This document shows, one piece after another, positions 11,019 to 20,743 of a DNA stretch of 35,992 nucleotides (the stretch's first letter is position 1; every line of letters starts with the position of its first letter). The position numbers and the translations under genes are program-made. The notes beneath the pieces were generated by a model, which was given only the letters and a program-made list of their open reading frames with translations, was not told the DNA's origin and ran no database searches. Where the stretch lies: positions 1 to 35,992 of the forward strand of contig JBPOFY010000015.1 in the NCBI GenBank assembly GCA_051252375.1, read 5' to 3'. The DNA comes from Opitutaceae bacterium. Its GTDB lineage: Bacteria; Verrucomicrobiota; Verrucomicrobiia; Opitutales; Coraliomargaritaceae.

Positions 11019-11064
11019 CAAGGCCTCGGTTACTACAGCTTCAACGACGCTGGGCTGATCTAGA
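11019..11064 (+). repeat. Direct repeat copy 2 (orphan duplicate of the radC 3' end)
   Basis: CAAGGCCTCGGTTACTACAGCTTCAACGACGCTGGGCTGATCTAGA encodes QGLGYYSFNDAGLI*. Confidence 0.9.
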
Positions 11065-11091
11065 GTCAAAACGAGTCACAACGTAATATCA

Positions 11092-11183
11092 GACAGAATC
11101 ATTTAACGATAGAATCATTAACACTCTGACGTAATTCATCGGAACATAATACACTAAGCTCCCGCATAAAAAATGATTCTGTC
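11092..11183. repeat. Inverted repeat GACAGAATCATTT / AAATGATTCTGTC
   Basis: Perfect 13-bp arms at 11092-11104 and 11171-11183, each with an adjacent degenerate copy; ACAGAATCATTT recurs near 24720. Confidence 0.7.
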
Positions 11184-11219
11184 CTAAATTATTCTGTATA
11201 AAAATTCAGTTTCACAGCC

Positions 11220-11960
11220 CTACAGCTCCGGTTTCTGCACCACCCAGAAGCGGCAATCATCGGAAAAATCATCCACCGCCTTCGACTCGTGGGCGATTTC
11301 CGAGCGCATCACTGATGCTTCGATACGGAAACCGACGCGCTCAAGCACGCCTTCCATTTCGGTCACTGTCGGCACGTGCATGAAATGAGCACCGTGATGC
11401 GTGTCCTCGGTGCGATCCCCGAAGTCATCGAGTTCCGCCTTTTGAGCCGCCCGCTCCCAGCGCTGCTGCTCTTGCATCCAAAATTCACGATGCACCGACT
11501 TGTCACGATCGTGCGAAGTGAAGACAAACCAACCGCCGGGTCGAAGCACTCGAAAGATTTCCTTCAGGGCCTGCTCGCGATTCGCCGCTTTCGGAATCTG
11601 CATCAGACCATTGAACCCAAAAATGACACCATCGAAGACATTCTCCTCGAATTCCAACTGAGTCGCATCACATACGCGAAACGGAATTCGATATTCCAAA
11701 GTCACTGCCAGTTCACGAGCGCGATTGACCATCGGGCGCGAGTAGTCCGTCGCCAAGATCTTATCAAAGCCCAACTCGTGAAGACCGATCGCGATGCGAC
11801 CAGCCCCGCAGCCCAGCTCCAAAATAGATTCACTCGGCTGAAAGACACGGGTAAATATCTTTTCCTCCGACACCCACAGCCCGACATTCGCAGCCGCGTC
11901 CGCGTAGTGCGCCACCACACCTTCGGCATCAAAATATTTACGCACACTGATAGGCTCCAT
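11220..11960 (-). CDS. Class I SAM-dependent methyltransferase
   Basis: ILELGCGAGR motif I, D.S..M, FRVCDA, FDGVIF, EIFRVLRPGGWF; start at ATG 11960. Confidence 0.9.
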   Translation of the reverse strand: MEPISVRKYFDAEGVVAHYADAAANVGLWVSEEKIFTRVFQPSESILELGCGAGRIAIGLHELGFDKILATDYSRPMVNRARELAVTLEYRIPFRVCDATQLEFEENVFDGVIFGFNGLMQIPKAANREQALKEIFRVLRPGGWFVFTSHDRDKSVHREFWMQEQQRWERAAQKAELDDFGDRTEDTHHGAHFMHVPTVTEMEGVLERVGFRIEASVMRSEIAHESKAVDDFSDDCRFWVVQKPEL

Positions 11961-12057
11961 TGTCTGACATATCCCTTGAGCGCCCCGTCTTGGCAAATGG
12001 ATTCTTTGCCTATTGCCAAGGGAACGATTCCGCTCAAGTTATGACTAACACTCACTC

Positions 12058-13773
12058 ATGGTTCCCATCATCAAAACCATTTCATTTTTAATTGTCGCGA
12101 TTCTGCTCGCGGCAACGGCTATTCTGGTTCCGGCCCACGTCCGCACAGTTGACCAGAGCGTGCTGCAACTCGCCGCATCTGAAGGCGATACACCAGCAGA
12201 AACAATTACAGTCGCGCTCAATGCCGCCCAAGTCGGGCCCGCCCAGCGCCTAATCGAAGCCACCGATCTCAGCTCCAACGAACGCCAGCAATTCCAATCC
12301 CGGATCGACAGCCTACTGGCGAAAGACCCGCAATTTGCGATCAGCGGAGGAGCGGATCCCAGCTTTCAGGACTTCCTAGAGCTCACCCAGATCACAAAGC
12401 CGGACAACAATGCGGTCGTCCCCCTGCTTTTACCGCGTAGCGAGCGCTCCTCATTGAGCGGCGCCCTGGCAAATTCCAGTCAAGCCAACGTCGCCACCTT
12501 ACTCTCTATCCGCAATCAACGCGGCCTCCTACGCCTCCACCCTGCAGACCATGCAGCGGGCGCACCATACGACGCCGGCGTCCTCACACTGGCGCTCCTC
12601 GTTGAAGGTGGTCATTTCCGCCCAGCACTCGCGCAACAAATCGGCGCCATCGCCACTCAAGCCGCACTCAACACGCCGGCTGCCGTGCGTGCCGTCGAAG
12701 ACCTTGTCATCGCCACCCTATCTCTCGGCCGCCAATTAGATTTCCGTTCCCTAGCCAACCTTGCGGACCTCACAAAGACCCCCGCCGACTGGGCACAAAT
12801 GGCCACCCTCTTTCGCGCACAACCCGATCGCATTGACCAACTCTATGCCGCACTTCGCTTTTCCGAAAGCCCGGAACAGTTATTCAACTATCTAGCCGCC
12901 CATGCCGACACGGGGAATGCCGACCTCGATCAAGCCCTCGGCCTCGGTCCTGCTGCCTTGCAGATTCTACTCGAAACCAAGCAGCCCATCTACCGTCCCG
13001 CTTCGATTGCAAAACAGGTCACCGAACGACTCAGCCTCTACCGTCCAGATGCCTTTATCGCGATCACGTATAAAAATCCAACCAGCGGGCTCGCCCTCAA
13101 ATTCGCGATCTTCTTTCTGGCAGGTCTCGCCTTTGCTTTTTCCATGGGCGCCGCCTGGCGTGCCAGCCTCGGCAAAGGGCAACCCATCGTTTCCAAAGCA
13201 AATCCGATGATCTGGGCGCGCGACGTGCTGCTCAGTCTCGTCGTTGCACTCACAATCTGGACTTTCTTCGAACCCGATATTTTAAAATCACAAGACACTG
13301 AAACCGACTCCGGACCACGCATCGAATTTGCCGTTGCCGACACACTTCAATCACTCAAATCACCAGTCAAAGCCATGCAAGATCTCAACCAAGTCACACT
13401 CCTCGTGCTCGCGCTGTTTTTCATCGTGCAGCTCGTCATCTACTCCTTCTGCTTGATCAAGCTCCGCGAGATATCGAAGCAAAAGCTCAGCGCCGACCTT
13501 AAAATCAAGCTTCTCGATAACGAAGAAAACCTCTTCGACTTCGGTCTCTACGTCGGTCTCGGTGGCACCGTGCTCTCACTCATCCTCGTCGCCGTCGGTA
13601 TCGTCGAAGCCAGCCTCATGGCCGCCTACGCCTCCACGCTCTTCGGTATTCTTTTCACCGCGGTTTTGAAAGTCATGCACCTGCGCCCCTATCGCCGCAC
13701 ACTGATCATCGAAGCCAGCTCAAGCGCGACCAGCAACAACGCCGGCACCTTGATGGGAGACATCAAACTTTAA
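12058..13773 (+). CDS. Membrane protein with a C-terminal MotA/TolQ/ExbB-like channel domain
   Basis: C-terminal TM hairpin GLYVGLGGTVLSLI...SLMAAYASTLFGIL resembles the ExbB/TolQ GL.GTV..I...AL..T..G motif; large N-terminal extracytoplasmic domain. Confidence 0.6.
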   Translation: MVPIIKTISFLIVAILLAATAILVPAHVRTVDQSVLQLAASEGDTPAETITVALNAAQVGPAQRLIEATDLSSNERQQFQSRIDSLLAKDPQFAISGGADPSFQDFLELTQITKPDNNAVVPLLLPRSERSSLSGALANSSQANVATLLSIRNQRGLLRLHPADHAAGAPYDAGVLTLALLVEGGHFRPALAQQIGAIATQAALNTPAAVRAVEDLVIATLSLGRQLDFRSLANLADLTKTPADWAQMATLFRAQPDRIDQLYAALRFSESPEQLFNYLAAHADTGNADLDQALGLGPAALQILLETKQPIYRPASIAKQVTERLSLYRPDAFIAITYKNPTSGLALKFAIFFLAGLAFAFSMGAAWRASLGKGQPIVSKANPMIWARDVLLSLVVALTIWTFFEPDILKSQDTETDSGPRIEFAVADTLQSLKSPVKAMQDLNQVTLLVLALFFIVQLVIYSFCLIKLREISKQKLSADLKIKLLDNEENLFDFGLYVGLGGTVLSLILVAVGIVEASLMAAYASTLFGILFTAVLKVMHLRPYRRTLIIEASSSATSNNAGTLMGDIKL

Positions 13774-13860
13774 GCGATTTTTTCAAATTCGAAGAATACA
13801 GGAGGCAGAATCAGCCACTCCAAACAACCAACAAGCTCTGCGCTAGACTACTGAATTCTA

Positions 13861-13887
13861 ACTCCTGACTCCTGACTCCTGACTCCT
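13861..13887 (+). repeat. Heptamer tandem repeat (GACTCCT) x~4
   Basis: ACTCCTGACTCCTGACTCCTGACTCCT immediately upstream of ATG 13895. Confidence 0.85.
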
Positions 13888-13894
13888 TTTTATA

Positions 13895-15490
13895 ATGAAC
13901 AAAACACTGATGCTCGTCATCTGCGACTTCCTGCTCTTGAGCATGTTGGCCCTCGCACGCTTTGACCCACCGGAAGAAAAACCGGAAGCCACCCTCGACG
14001 CCACAGCTTCGTCAGCCACCGCTGAAGCAGAGCTAATCGAGCTACTCGAAGAATCACTAAAGTCCGAGCTCACCTCGCGTGAAGATTTAAGCGAAGACCT
14101 CGCCGAAACACGCGAGAGCCTGCAAGCAAAAGCACGCGCCCTTGAACAACGCGAAGCCGTGCTCAAGGAAACACAACAAAACCTCGAAGCCAAATCAACC
14201 GAGGCCGCGCAACTCGCGCAAACGAAAGCCGAGATCGAAGCACAGCAAAAACTACTGACCGAAGAAAAAGCAAAAGTCGAAGCGGACCGCAGTCAACTAG
14301 CCGAACGCTTCGAAGACACCCGCACACAACTCGAAAGCGCCAACTCCGAGCGCGTGCAACTCGCCACCACTTTAGGCCAACTCAAGGAAGAAAGCTCAGT
14401 CGCAAAAGAACGCCTCAACCAAACAGAGGAAGAACTCATCGCCCGCGAGATCGCACTAGCGGAGCGCGAAGCCGCACTCAAAGCCTCTCAGGCGGAGAAG
14501 GAACTCCTTGCCAAACAAAGCGCCGAACTGAGCAAGCAACTTGAAGTCGCCCAAGCCGAGCGCCGCTTGCTCGAGCAAAACCTAACTCAGGAGCAAATCG
14601 AGAAACAACAACTTCGGACCGAAAAAGAACAAGCCTTCGCACGTGCAGATCGCCTTGGGCAAAATGTTTCCGATCTAGGCGCAGGCGTCAGCCAACTCGG
14701 TCAGGGCGTCAGCAATCTCGGCCAGGGCGTCAGTAATCTCGCGCAAACTTCTGCTGAGATCCAAAAAGAAATAGTAGACAGCCGCCCACAAACGATGAGC
14801 GAGATATTTACACGTTTCCAAAAAAACCGCGCCACCATACAATTCAGATCCTCCGAAAAAGCAGTCTTCGGCGGACTCAACCAGCGCACTTACGAAAGCA
14901 AAAGTATCCTAATTTCGGATACAGATGGCACCACCTACCTCGTCACCCACACAAACGACACACCCTTTGCCTTTTCCAAAAACCAAAAGAGCATCACTTC
15001 GGTGTCACTCACAGTCTCACTCGCAGGTCGCGACTTAACGATCAATCAAGTCGGCTTTCTGGGCACTGACCCACGACTGATCTTCATTCCGCTACCCGCG
15101 CAAGTCGTCGCCGCCTCAGGGCTCGAAACCTTCCCGCTCGCACTCCAACCAGAACGCTGGGAAGAAGCCGTGCTCGTAAAAAACGATGAAAGTAACTTCG
15201 GGCGCACCGGCTTCCGTCGTCTCACCAGCAGTGACCGCTTCCTCAAAATGGACCGCCCAACACTGGGTGAGCTCTTTGCCGATTTCGCGTCCTCAAGAGG
15301 CGACCTCGCCTTCACCAAGAACGGACAATTCATCGGTGCCCTAACCGACACGAACTACGCTGTGGTAATCAACGGCTTCCTCGCCGCCGGCATCGTCAAC
15401 ATCGGCAACAGTTACAACGCCACTGAAAGCGCAGCGACAATCGATCGCTTAAAAGACCGCGTATCGAAGCTACCTAGAGAAGTGCAGTAA
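13895..15490 (+). CDS. ExbD/MotB-like N-terminal TM (Asp-containing), long coiled coil and trypsin-like C-terminal domain
   Basis: MNKTLMLVICDFLLLSML TM with Asp; about 250 aa of E/K/Q/A/L coiled coil; C-terminal SILISD.DG..YLVTH and SRGDLAFTKNGQFIG resemble trypsin_2 motifs. Confidence 0.55.
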   Translation: MNKTLMLVICDFLLLSMLALARFDPPEEKPEATLDATASSATAEAELIELLEESLKSELTSREDLSEDLAETRESLQAKARALEQREAVLKETQQNLEAKSTEAAQLAQTKAEIEAQQKLLTEEKAKVEADRSQLAERFEDTRTQLESANSERVQLATTLGQLKEESSVAKERLNQTEEELIAREIALAEREAALKASQAEKELLAKQSAELSKQLEVAQAERRLLEQNLTQEQIEKQQLRTEKEQAFARADRLGQNVSDLGAGVSQLGQGVSNLGQGVSNLAQTSAEIQKEIVDSRPQTMSEIFTRFQKNRATIQFRSSEKAVFGGLNQRTYESKSILISDTDGTTYLVTHTNDTPFAFSKNQKSITSVSLTVSLAGRDLTINQVGFLGTDPRLIFIPLPAQVVAASGLETFPLALQPERWEEAVLVKNDESNFGRTGFRRLTSSDRFLKMDRPTLGELFADFASSRGDLAFTKNGQFIGALTDTNYAVVINGFLAAGIVNIGNSYNATESAATIDRLKDRVSKLPREVQ

Positions 15491-15509
15491 CTGACACCTG
15501 CAGTGTTCA

Positions 15510-15556
15510 ATTCAAAATTGGAGGTTCGACGTTGAGCGTTCGACGTTCCCCATCTC
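15510..15556 (+). repeat. Dispersed heptamer-based repeat, copy 1
   Basis: 41/47 identical to 24841-24887 (ATTCAAAATTGGA...CGTTCGACGTTCCCCA). Confidence 0.75.
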
Positions 15557-16487
15557 ACCCTTTTACGCCGCTGGCGAGAATCGTTTGGAAATTCGGCGCT
15601 TCGGTTTCGCGGGCGACGACGTTGACTTCGATTTTTCGAAAGCCGGCGTCTTTTAAATATTGGTAGAGTTTGTTTTCGGAAAAACCCAACCACACATCGG
15701 CGTAGAGCTCGCGGGCTTTTTCGAAGTTATGCTCCATCAAGTCGATGATCATGATCTGACCGCCGGGCTTTAAAATACGATACGCTTCAGCGATTGCTTT
15801 ATCGGGATGTTGCGCGTGGTGGAGCGCCTGGCTCAAGAGCGCGAGATCAAAGCTATTATCCTTGAGTGGCACTGCTTCGATATCACCGAGCTTGTAGTTA
15901 AGATTGGTAAAGCCGTTTTTTGCCGCAAGCTCACTGCCGAACTCAACCATCTTCGAAGAGTTGTCCACGCAAACCACTTCTTCAGCACGTCGAGCAAGGA
16001 GCTGCGAAATCAGACCTTCGCCGGCGCCGAGGTCGGCGATCTTAATCTTAGGCGTTAGGTGCAACAGAAAGTGACCAATCGCTTCCCAACTACGACCGGG
16101 GCAATAGTTTTTCCCGAGGCGACCAGCCACGGAGTTGAAATACTGCTCTGATTGCTGCTTCCGCTTTTCCAGAATACGTTTCAGGTTGGCTCCATCTTCG
16201 CGGATCTGATCGGTTCTTTCCACCGCACGACAGGCAGCTTTCAATAAGGTCAACCCATCGACATCAAAGTCCGCATTGAGCGCATAAAAAGTCTTTTTAC
16301 CCTCACGACGGTCGTGCACGAGCTCGCCCTGACGCAGCAGCCCTAAATGCGACGAAATGCGCGACTGCCCCATGTCCAGAACCTCTTGCAGCTCCGCAAC
16401 GGATAACTCCTCTTTGTCCAACAAAGACAAGATCCTCACGCGTGTGGAATCGGCCAATAGTTTTAGGATATCCCAAGAGTCTGCCAT
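15555..16487 (-). CDS. ArsR-family HTH fused to a SAM-dependent methyltransferase domain (SahR-like regulator)
   Basis: LADSTRVRIL.LL...ELSVAEL..VL.MGQSRISSHL..LR HTH; IADLGAGEG, GDIE.VPL, ALHHA..P..AI.EA.RILKPGG. Confidence 0.88.
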   Translation of the reverse strand: MADSWDILKLLADSTRVRILSLLDKEELSVAELQEVLDMGQSRISSHLGLLRQGELVHDRREGKKTFYALNADFDVDGLTLLKAACRAVERTDQIREDGANLKRILEKRKQQSEQYFNSVAGRLGKNYCPGRSWEAIGHFLLHLTPKIKIADLGAGEGLISQLLARRAEEVVCVDNSSKMVEFGSELAAKNGFTNLNYKLGDIEAVPLKDNSFDLALLSQALHHAQHPDKAIAEAYRILKPGGQIMIIDLMEHNFEKARELYADVWLGFSENKLYQYLKDAGFRKIEVNVVARETEAPNFQTILASGVKG

Positions 16488-16616
16488 AAATCTTTAAGAA
16501 GTAGAGAGTTGAGCAGGATGGCGAGCCGTTTTCTCCTCCGCGAATGGTTTAGCGCTGAAACGACATCCACACTCACATCCCGTATCCCGCATCTCGTATC
16601 TCACATCCCATTACCC

Positions 16617-16743
16617 GCCTAAATAGACCGATAAATCCGTAATATCCCAAATATACGCCAAAAGAGACACTTTATTTATAACTTTATAAATGCCTATTTA
16701 GACGTTTATTCTTGAAAATTAGTCGATAACTGCCAACATAGAC
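16617..16743 (+). promoter_or_regulatory. Four putative HipB-type operators GCC-N5-AGAC overlapping the hipBA promoter
   Basis: Copies at 16617, 16657, 16692 and 16732 (spacing 40/35/40); TTGAAA -35-like hexamer at 16712. Confidence 0.55.
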
Positions 16744-16748
16744 GGGTA

Positions 16749-17105
16749 ATGAGAATTGAAAAGCTACTGACTGACGAGACCATCATCCGCGAACTGGGCG
16801 AGCGATTGGCCCGGATGCGGCTAGATCGCGACCTCACCCAAGCCGAACTCGCCAATCAGGCTGGGGTCGGCCTGCGCACAGTGCAGCGACTCGAAAAAGG
16901 AACCGCCGCTCCACAACTCACTATGTTTATCCGTATCCTCCGCGCGCTCGATATCGTCGAACACTTCGACTTACTGGTGCCCGAGCCCATCCCCAGCCCA
17001 ATGCAACAACTCAAAATGCGCGGCAAACTCCGCAAGCGCGCCAGCGGCAAAGAAATGAAAGTAGCCGAACCCAAGGGCGCATGGACTTGGGGCGATGAAA
17101 CATGA
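16749..17105 (+). CDS. hipB: HipB-like XRE-family HTH antitoxin
   Basis: LGERLARMRL...LTQAELA.QAGVG..TV.RLEKG; ATGA overlap with the downstream HipA gene. Confidence 0.8.
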   Translation: MRIEKLLTDETIIRELGERLARMRLDRDLTQAELANQAGVGLRTVQRLEKGTAAPQLTMFIRILRALDIVEHFDLLVPEPIPSPMQQLKMRGKLRKRASGKEMKVAEPKGAWTWGDET

Positions 17106-18406
17106 TCACTGAAATCCATATGTGGGGACGCACGATCGGCGCAGTGACCTGGGATCCGAAAACCGAGACTGCATCCTTTCAATACGACCGCAGTTTCCTC
17201 GACAGCGGAATCGAAGTCGCGCCCTTAACGATGCCGCTCGGCACGCAAGCATACCGTTTCCCCACCCTACCACCGAACACCTTCCACGGGCTTCCGGGTC
17301 TTCTGGCGGACTCCCTGCCCGACCGCTACGGCAATGCCTTGATCGACGCATGGCTGGCCGAGCAAGGGCGCACGCCCGAAAGCTTCAACCCGGTCGAGCG
17401 ACTTTGCTATACTGGTCAACGCGGCATGGGCGCGCTGGAGTTCACCCCGGCAATCGGTCCTAAACCAACCCGTGCCAATCAGATCGACATCGATGCCCTC
17501 GTCAGCCTCGCGTCCGAAGTGCTGAGCGAGCGACGTAGCCTCACGGGAAAGTTCACCGAATCCGAACGCCAGAAAGCACTCAAAGACATCCTCCGCGTCG
17601 GCACCTCTGCGGGTGGCGCACGCGCCAAGGCTGTTATCGCCTGGAACCGCGAAACCAACGAAGTGCGTTCAGGCCAGATCGATGCCGACTCCGGCTTTGA
17701 ATACTGGCTGGTCAAATTCGACGGCGTCTCCGGCAACAAAGACAAAGAACTCGAAGACCCCAAAGGCTACGGTGCGATCGAATACGCCTACTACCTCATG
17801 GCCAAAGCCGCCGGCATCCAAATGAGCGAGTGCCGCCTACTCGAAGAGCACGACCGTCGCCACTTCATGACCCGCCGCTTCGACCGACGCGCCAACGGCG
17901 AGAAACTACACATGCAGTCACTCTGCGCACTTTGCCACTACGACTTCAACGCCGCAGGCGCCTACAGCTACGAACAAGCACTGCTAGCCATCCGCAAACT
18001 CGACCTCCCCGCCGAAGCCCACGAAGAACAGTTTCGCCGCATGGCCTTTAACATCATCGCCCGCAACCAAGACGACCACGTAAAGAACATCGCCTTCCTC
18101 ATGAACAAGAAAGGGCACTGGGCACTGGCACCCGCGTTCGATGTGACCTACAGCTACAACCCGGACGGCGCCTGGACTTCGCAACATCAAATGACGATGA
18201 ACGGCAAACGCGACCACTTCACTCTGGCCGACTTCAAGGCCTGCGCCAAGAAAGCCCTCCTCAAACGCGGTGCCGCCAAACGCATCTTAGACGAAGTGCA
18301 AACCGCCGTCGCCCGCTGGCCAGAGTTCGCCGAGCGCGCCATCGTCAAAAACGAATGGATCCAAACCATCCAAAAAAACCACCGACTGAATTTAGCGAAA
18401 TCTTAA
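17102..18406 (+). CDS. hipA: HipA-family Ser/Thr kinase toxin
   Basis: DSLPDRYG, GTSAGGARAKA P-loop, WLVKFD, EYAYY.MA..AGI, RRFDR, NQDDHVKN, LAPAFD. Confidence 0.93.
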   Translation: MITEIHMWGRTIGAVTWDPKTETASFQYDRSFLDSGIEVAPLTMPLGTQAYRFPTLPPNTFHGLPGLLADSLPDRYGNALIDAWLAEQGRTPESFNPVERLCYTGQRGMGALEFTPAIGPKPTRANQIDIDALVSLASEVLSERRSLTGKFTESERQKALKDILRVGTSAGGARAKAVIAWNRETNEVRSGQIDADSGFEYWLVKFDGVSGNKDKELEDPKGYGAIEYAYYLMAKAAGIQMSECRLLEEHDRRHFMTRRFDRRANGEKLHMQSLCALCHYDFNAAGAYSYEQALLAIRKLDLPAEAHEEQFRRMAFNIIARNQDDHVKNIAFLMNKKGHWALAPAFDVTYSYNPDGAWTSQHQMTMNGKRDHFTLADFKACAKKALLKRGAAKRILDEVQTAVARWPEFAERAIVKNEWIQTIQKNHRLNLAKS

Positions 18407-18407
18407 T

Positions 18408-18537
18408 CCAAACCTCACAACCTCCCAACCTCCCAACCTCCCAACCTCCCAACCTCTCAACCTCCCAACCTCACAACCTCCAAACCTCACAACCTCCCAA
18501 CCTCCAAACCTCCCAACCTCCCAACCTCCAAACCTCC
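18408..18537 (+). repeat. Octamer tandem array (AACCTCCC and variants) x~16
   Basis: Directly visible right after the hipA stop. Confidence 0.95.
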
Positions 18538-18583
18538 TTATAAAGTTTGAATTGTGCGGATCACCCTCTATCCGTTGACGATC

Positions 18584-20725
18584 ATGAAAACACTACCGAG
18601 TTTAAACGGGGAACATCACTGGGAGTTCAAACGCATGGGCGGGATCTTCCAAGCTCAGCTCAACACCATCGACGACCTCAAGGCGCTCGAAAAGCTGGAC
18701 CCTAAACTCTGGGTCGCCCTCAGTTGCCCGGTCAACGATCTCGAGATCGATCCGCGCACACTCTCACTGATCGACCACGACGCCGACGGTCGTGTCCGCA
18801 TCGAAGAAATGCTCACCGCAGTCCGTTGGACACTCGCTCGACTTTCCAACACCGACACGCTGTTCAAAGGCGGCGACCTGCCCCTAAACGCGATCAACAC
18901 CACCGACCCCGAAGGCGAAAAACTACTTGCCTCCGCAAAACAAATTCTGGCTAACATGGGGTCCGCTGACGCCACCCATATTTCGGTCAATCTCGCCGCC
19001 AACACCGATAAAATTTACGGACAGTCCCGACTCAACGGCGACGGCGTCATCGCCAAAGACGCGACCAGCGATCCCGACATCCAACAACTGATCCAAGACA
19101 TCATGGATTGTCTCGGCGCCGACACTGACCGAAGCGGCGAGCTAGGCATCACCCAGGAAAAGTTGGATACCTTTTTCAACGAACTCAAAAGCTACGAAGC
19201 ATGGTGGACCCTCGGTGAAATCGATTCCGCCAAAGGCGAAGACATCTTCCCACTCGGCGACGCCACACCACAAGGCTTCAAACATTTCATCGCCGTTGAA
19301 AAGAAGGTCGACGACTTCTTCGCACGCTGCCACCTCACCGCATTCGACGCACGCGCCGAAGCCCCTCTCAACCGCGACGTCGGCATCTATAAAGAAATCG
19401 CCGCTGAAGACTTTTCCGTTAGCCGCGAAGACATCGCCAAGCTCCCACTCGCCAAAGTCACCGCCGAATCCATCGTGCCGATCTTAGTCGGCATCAATCC
19501 GGAGTGGAAAGAGCGCATGCGCATACTCTGCGAGAAAGTCATACGCCCACTCGGCATCGGTCCGGGCGACGCACTCGATTTCGACGAATGGCAGCAAGTC
19601 AAAGCCCGCTTCGAAGCCTACCGCGTATGGCGACAGTCCAAGCCAGAGACCGGAGTCGAAAAACTCAAAATCAATCGTGTTCGCGAGCTCCTCAACTCCG
19701 ACCTCGAATCGAAACTTGCCGCCCTGCTTGCCGAAGACATGGCACTCGCCCCGCAAATGAAAGCAGTCGCCAGCGTCGAGCAACTCGCCCGCTACCACCG
19801 CGACATTATTCTTATTCTCAACAACTTCGTCAACTTCAGCCAGTTCTACGACGAATCCCAAACTGCGATCTTTCAAGCCGGCAACCTCTATCTCGACGGT
19901 CGCGAATGCCGCCTCTGCTTACGCGTCAACGACCCAGCCAAGCACGCCGTCCTCGCTGGGCTCTCACGCGCCTTCATCGCCTACTGTGAGTGCCGCCGCA
20001 AAGACTCACCCGAAAAGTTCTACATCGCCGCCATCTTTTCCGCCGGCGACTCAGCCAACCTCATCGTCGGGCGTAACGGGATCTTCCGCGACCGCAAAGG
20101 TCTCCTCTGGGACACCACCATCGTGCGACTCATCGAGAATCCGATCAGTGTCCGCGAAGCCTTCCTCATGCCCTATGCACGGATCGGCCGCTTCATCGGC
20201 GACAAGCTAGAAAAGTGGGCCGTCAGTCGCGATAAAGCCATGCAGGAACAAATGGAGACCGGCGTCGAAAACGTCGCTAGCGAGCCCGCAAAATCCAAAC
20301 AATCTGACAACAACGGCATAGGTGGCGTGGCTGGGATGGTCGCCGCAGGGGGCATCGCCCTGGGTGCCGTCGGTGCAGGCCTCGCCTCACTCTTCAACAC
20401 GATGAAGGCACTCACCTGGTGGGAACTGCCGCTCGTCATACTCGGCGTCATCCTAATGATTTCACTGCCGTCCATGATCATCGCCTGGCTCAAGCTCCGT
20501 AAACGCACGCTCGCCCCGCTCCTCGACGCATCCGGCTGGGCAGTCAACGGCCGCACCCTCATTTCTGCCAAACTTGGCAAGGTCCTCACCACCCGAGCGA
20601 CTTTGCCCATATCCGCACAATGCCTGTTCGACGAACGCAGCGGTGTGCGCAGCACCTACTGGACCGCCCTCGGTCTAGTCATAGTCATCAGCGCCATCGG
20701 CTGGGCTTTCATTCTCTTTGCCTAA
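18584..20725 (+). CDS. Hypothetical protein with N-terminal EF-hand-like loops and C-terminal TM segments
   Basis: DHDADGRVRIEE and NGDGVI loops; C-terminal Gly-rich/hydrophobic segments; host-like codon usage; start at ATG 18584. Confidence 0.75.
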   Translation: MKTLPSLNGEHHWEFKRMGGIFQAQLNTIDDLKALEKLDPKLWVALSCPVNDLEIDPRTLSLIDHDADGRVRIEEMLTAVRWTLARLSNTDTLFKGGDLPLNAINTTDPEGEKLLASAKQILANMGSADATHISVNLAANTDKIYGQSRLNGDGVIAKDATSDPDIQQLIQDIMDCLGADTDRSGELGITQEKLDTFFNELKSYEAWWTLGEIDSAKGEDIFPLGDATPQGFKHFIAVEKKVDDFFARCHLTAFDARAEAPLNRDVGIYKEIAAEDFSVSREDIAKLPLAKVTAESIVPILVGINPEWKERMRILCEKVIRPLGIGPGDALDFDEWQQVKARFEAYRVWRQSKPETGVEKLKINRVRELLNSDLESKLAALLAEDMALAPQMKAVASVEQLARYHRDIILILNNFVNFSQFYDESQTAIFQAGNLYLDGRECRLCLRVNDPAKHAVLAGLSRAFIAYCECRRKDSPEKFYIAAIFSAGDSANLIVGRNGIFRDRKGLLWDTTIVRLIENPISVREAFLMPYARIGRFIGDKLEKWAVSRDKAMQEQMETGVENVASEPAKSKQSDNNGIGGVAGMVAAGGIALGAVGAGLASLFNTMKALTWWELPLVILGVILMISLPSMIIAWLKLRKRTLAPLLDASGWAVNGRTLISAKLGKVLTTRATLPISAQCLFDERSGVRSTYWTALGLVIVISAIGWAFILFA

Positions 20726-20743
20726 AGCACACGGTATAAGAAA

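Noticed and set aside
11376..12044. Long antisense or alternate-frame ORFs (also 9675-10313, 23352-24011, 19504-19989)
   Set aside because: These are shadows of well-supported genes in GC-rich coding DNA, with no motifs of their own.
12058..15490. Zorya ZorA/ZorB
   Set aside because: The channel domain is C-terminal, there is no cytoplasmic tail or OmpA domain, no zorC/D/E are present, and the context is core-like.
16488..16570. SAH/SAM riboswitch upstream of the ArsR-methyltransferase gene
   Set aside because: GAGGAG and GGCTC fragments are present on the minus strand, but the conserved GAGCGYUGC core and pairing partner are missing.
18355..18543. 62-aa ORF with a QPPNL repeat
   Set aside because: It is only the translation of the octamer microsatellite.
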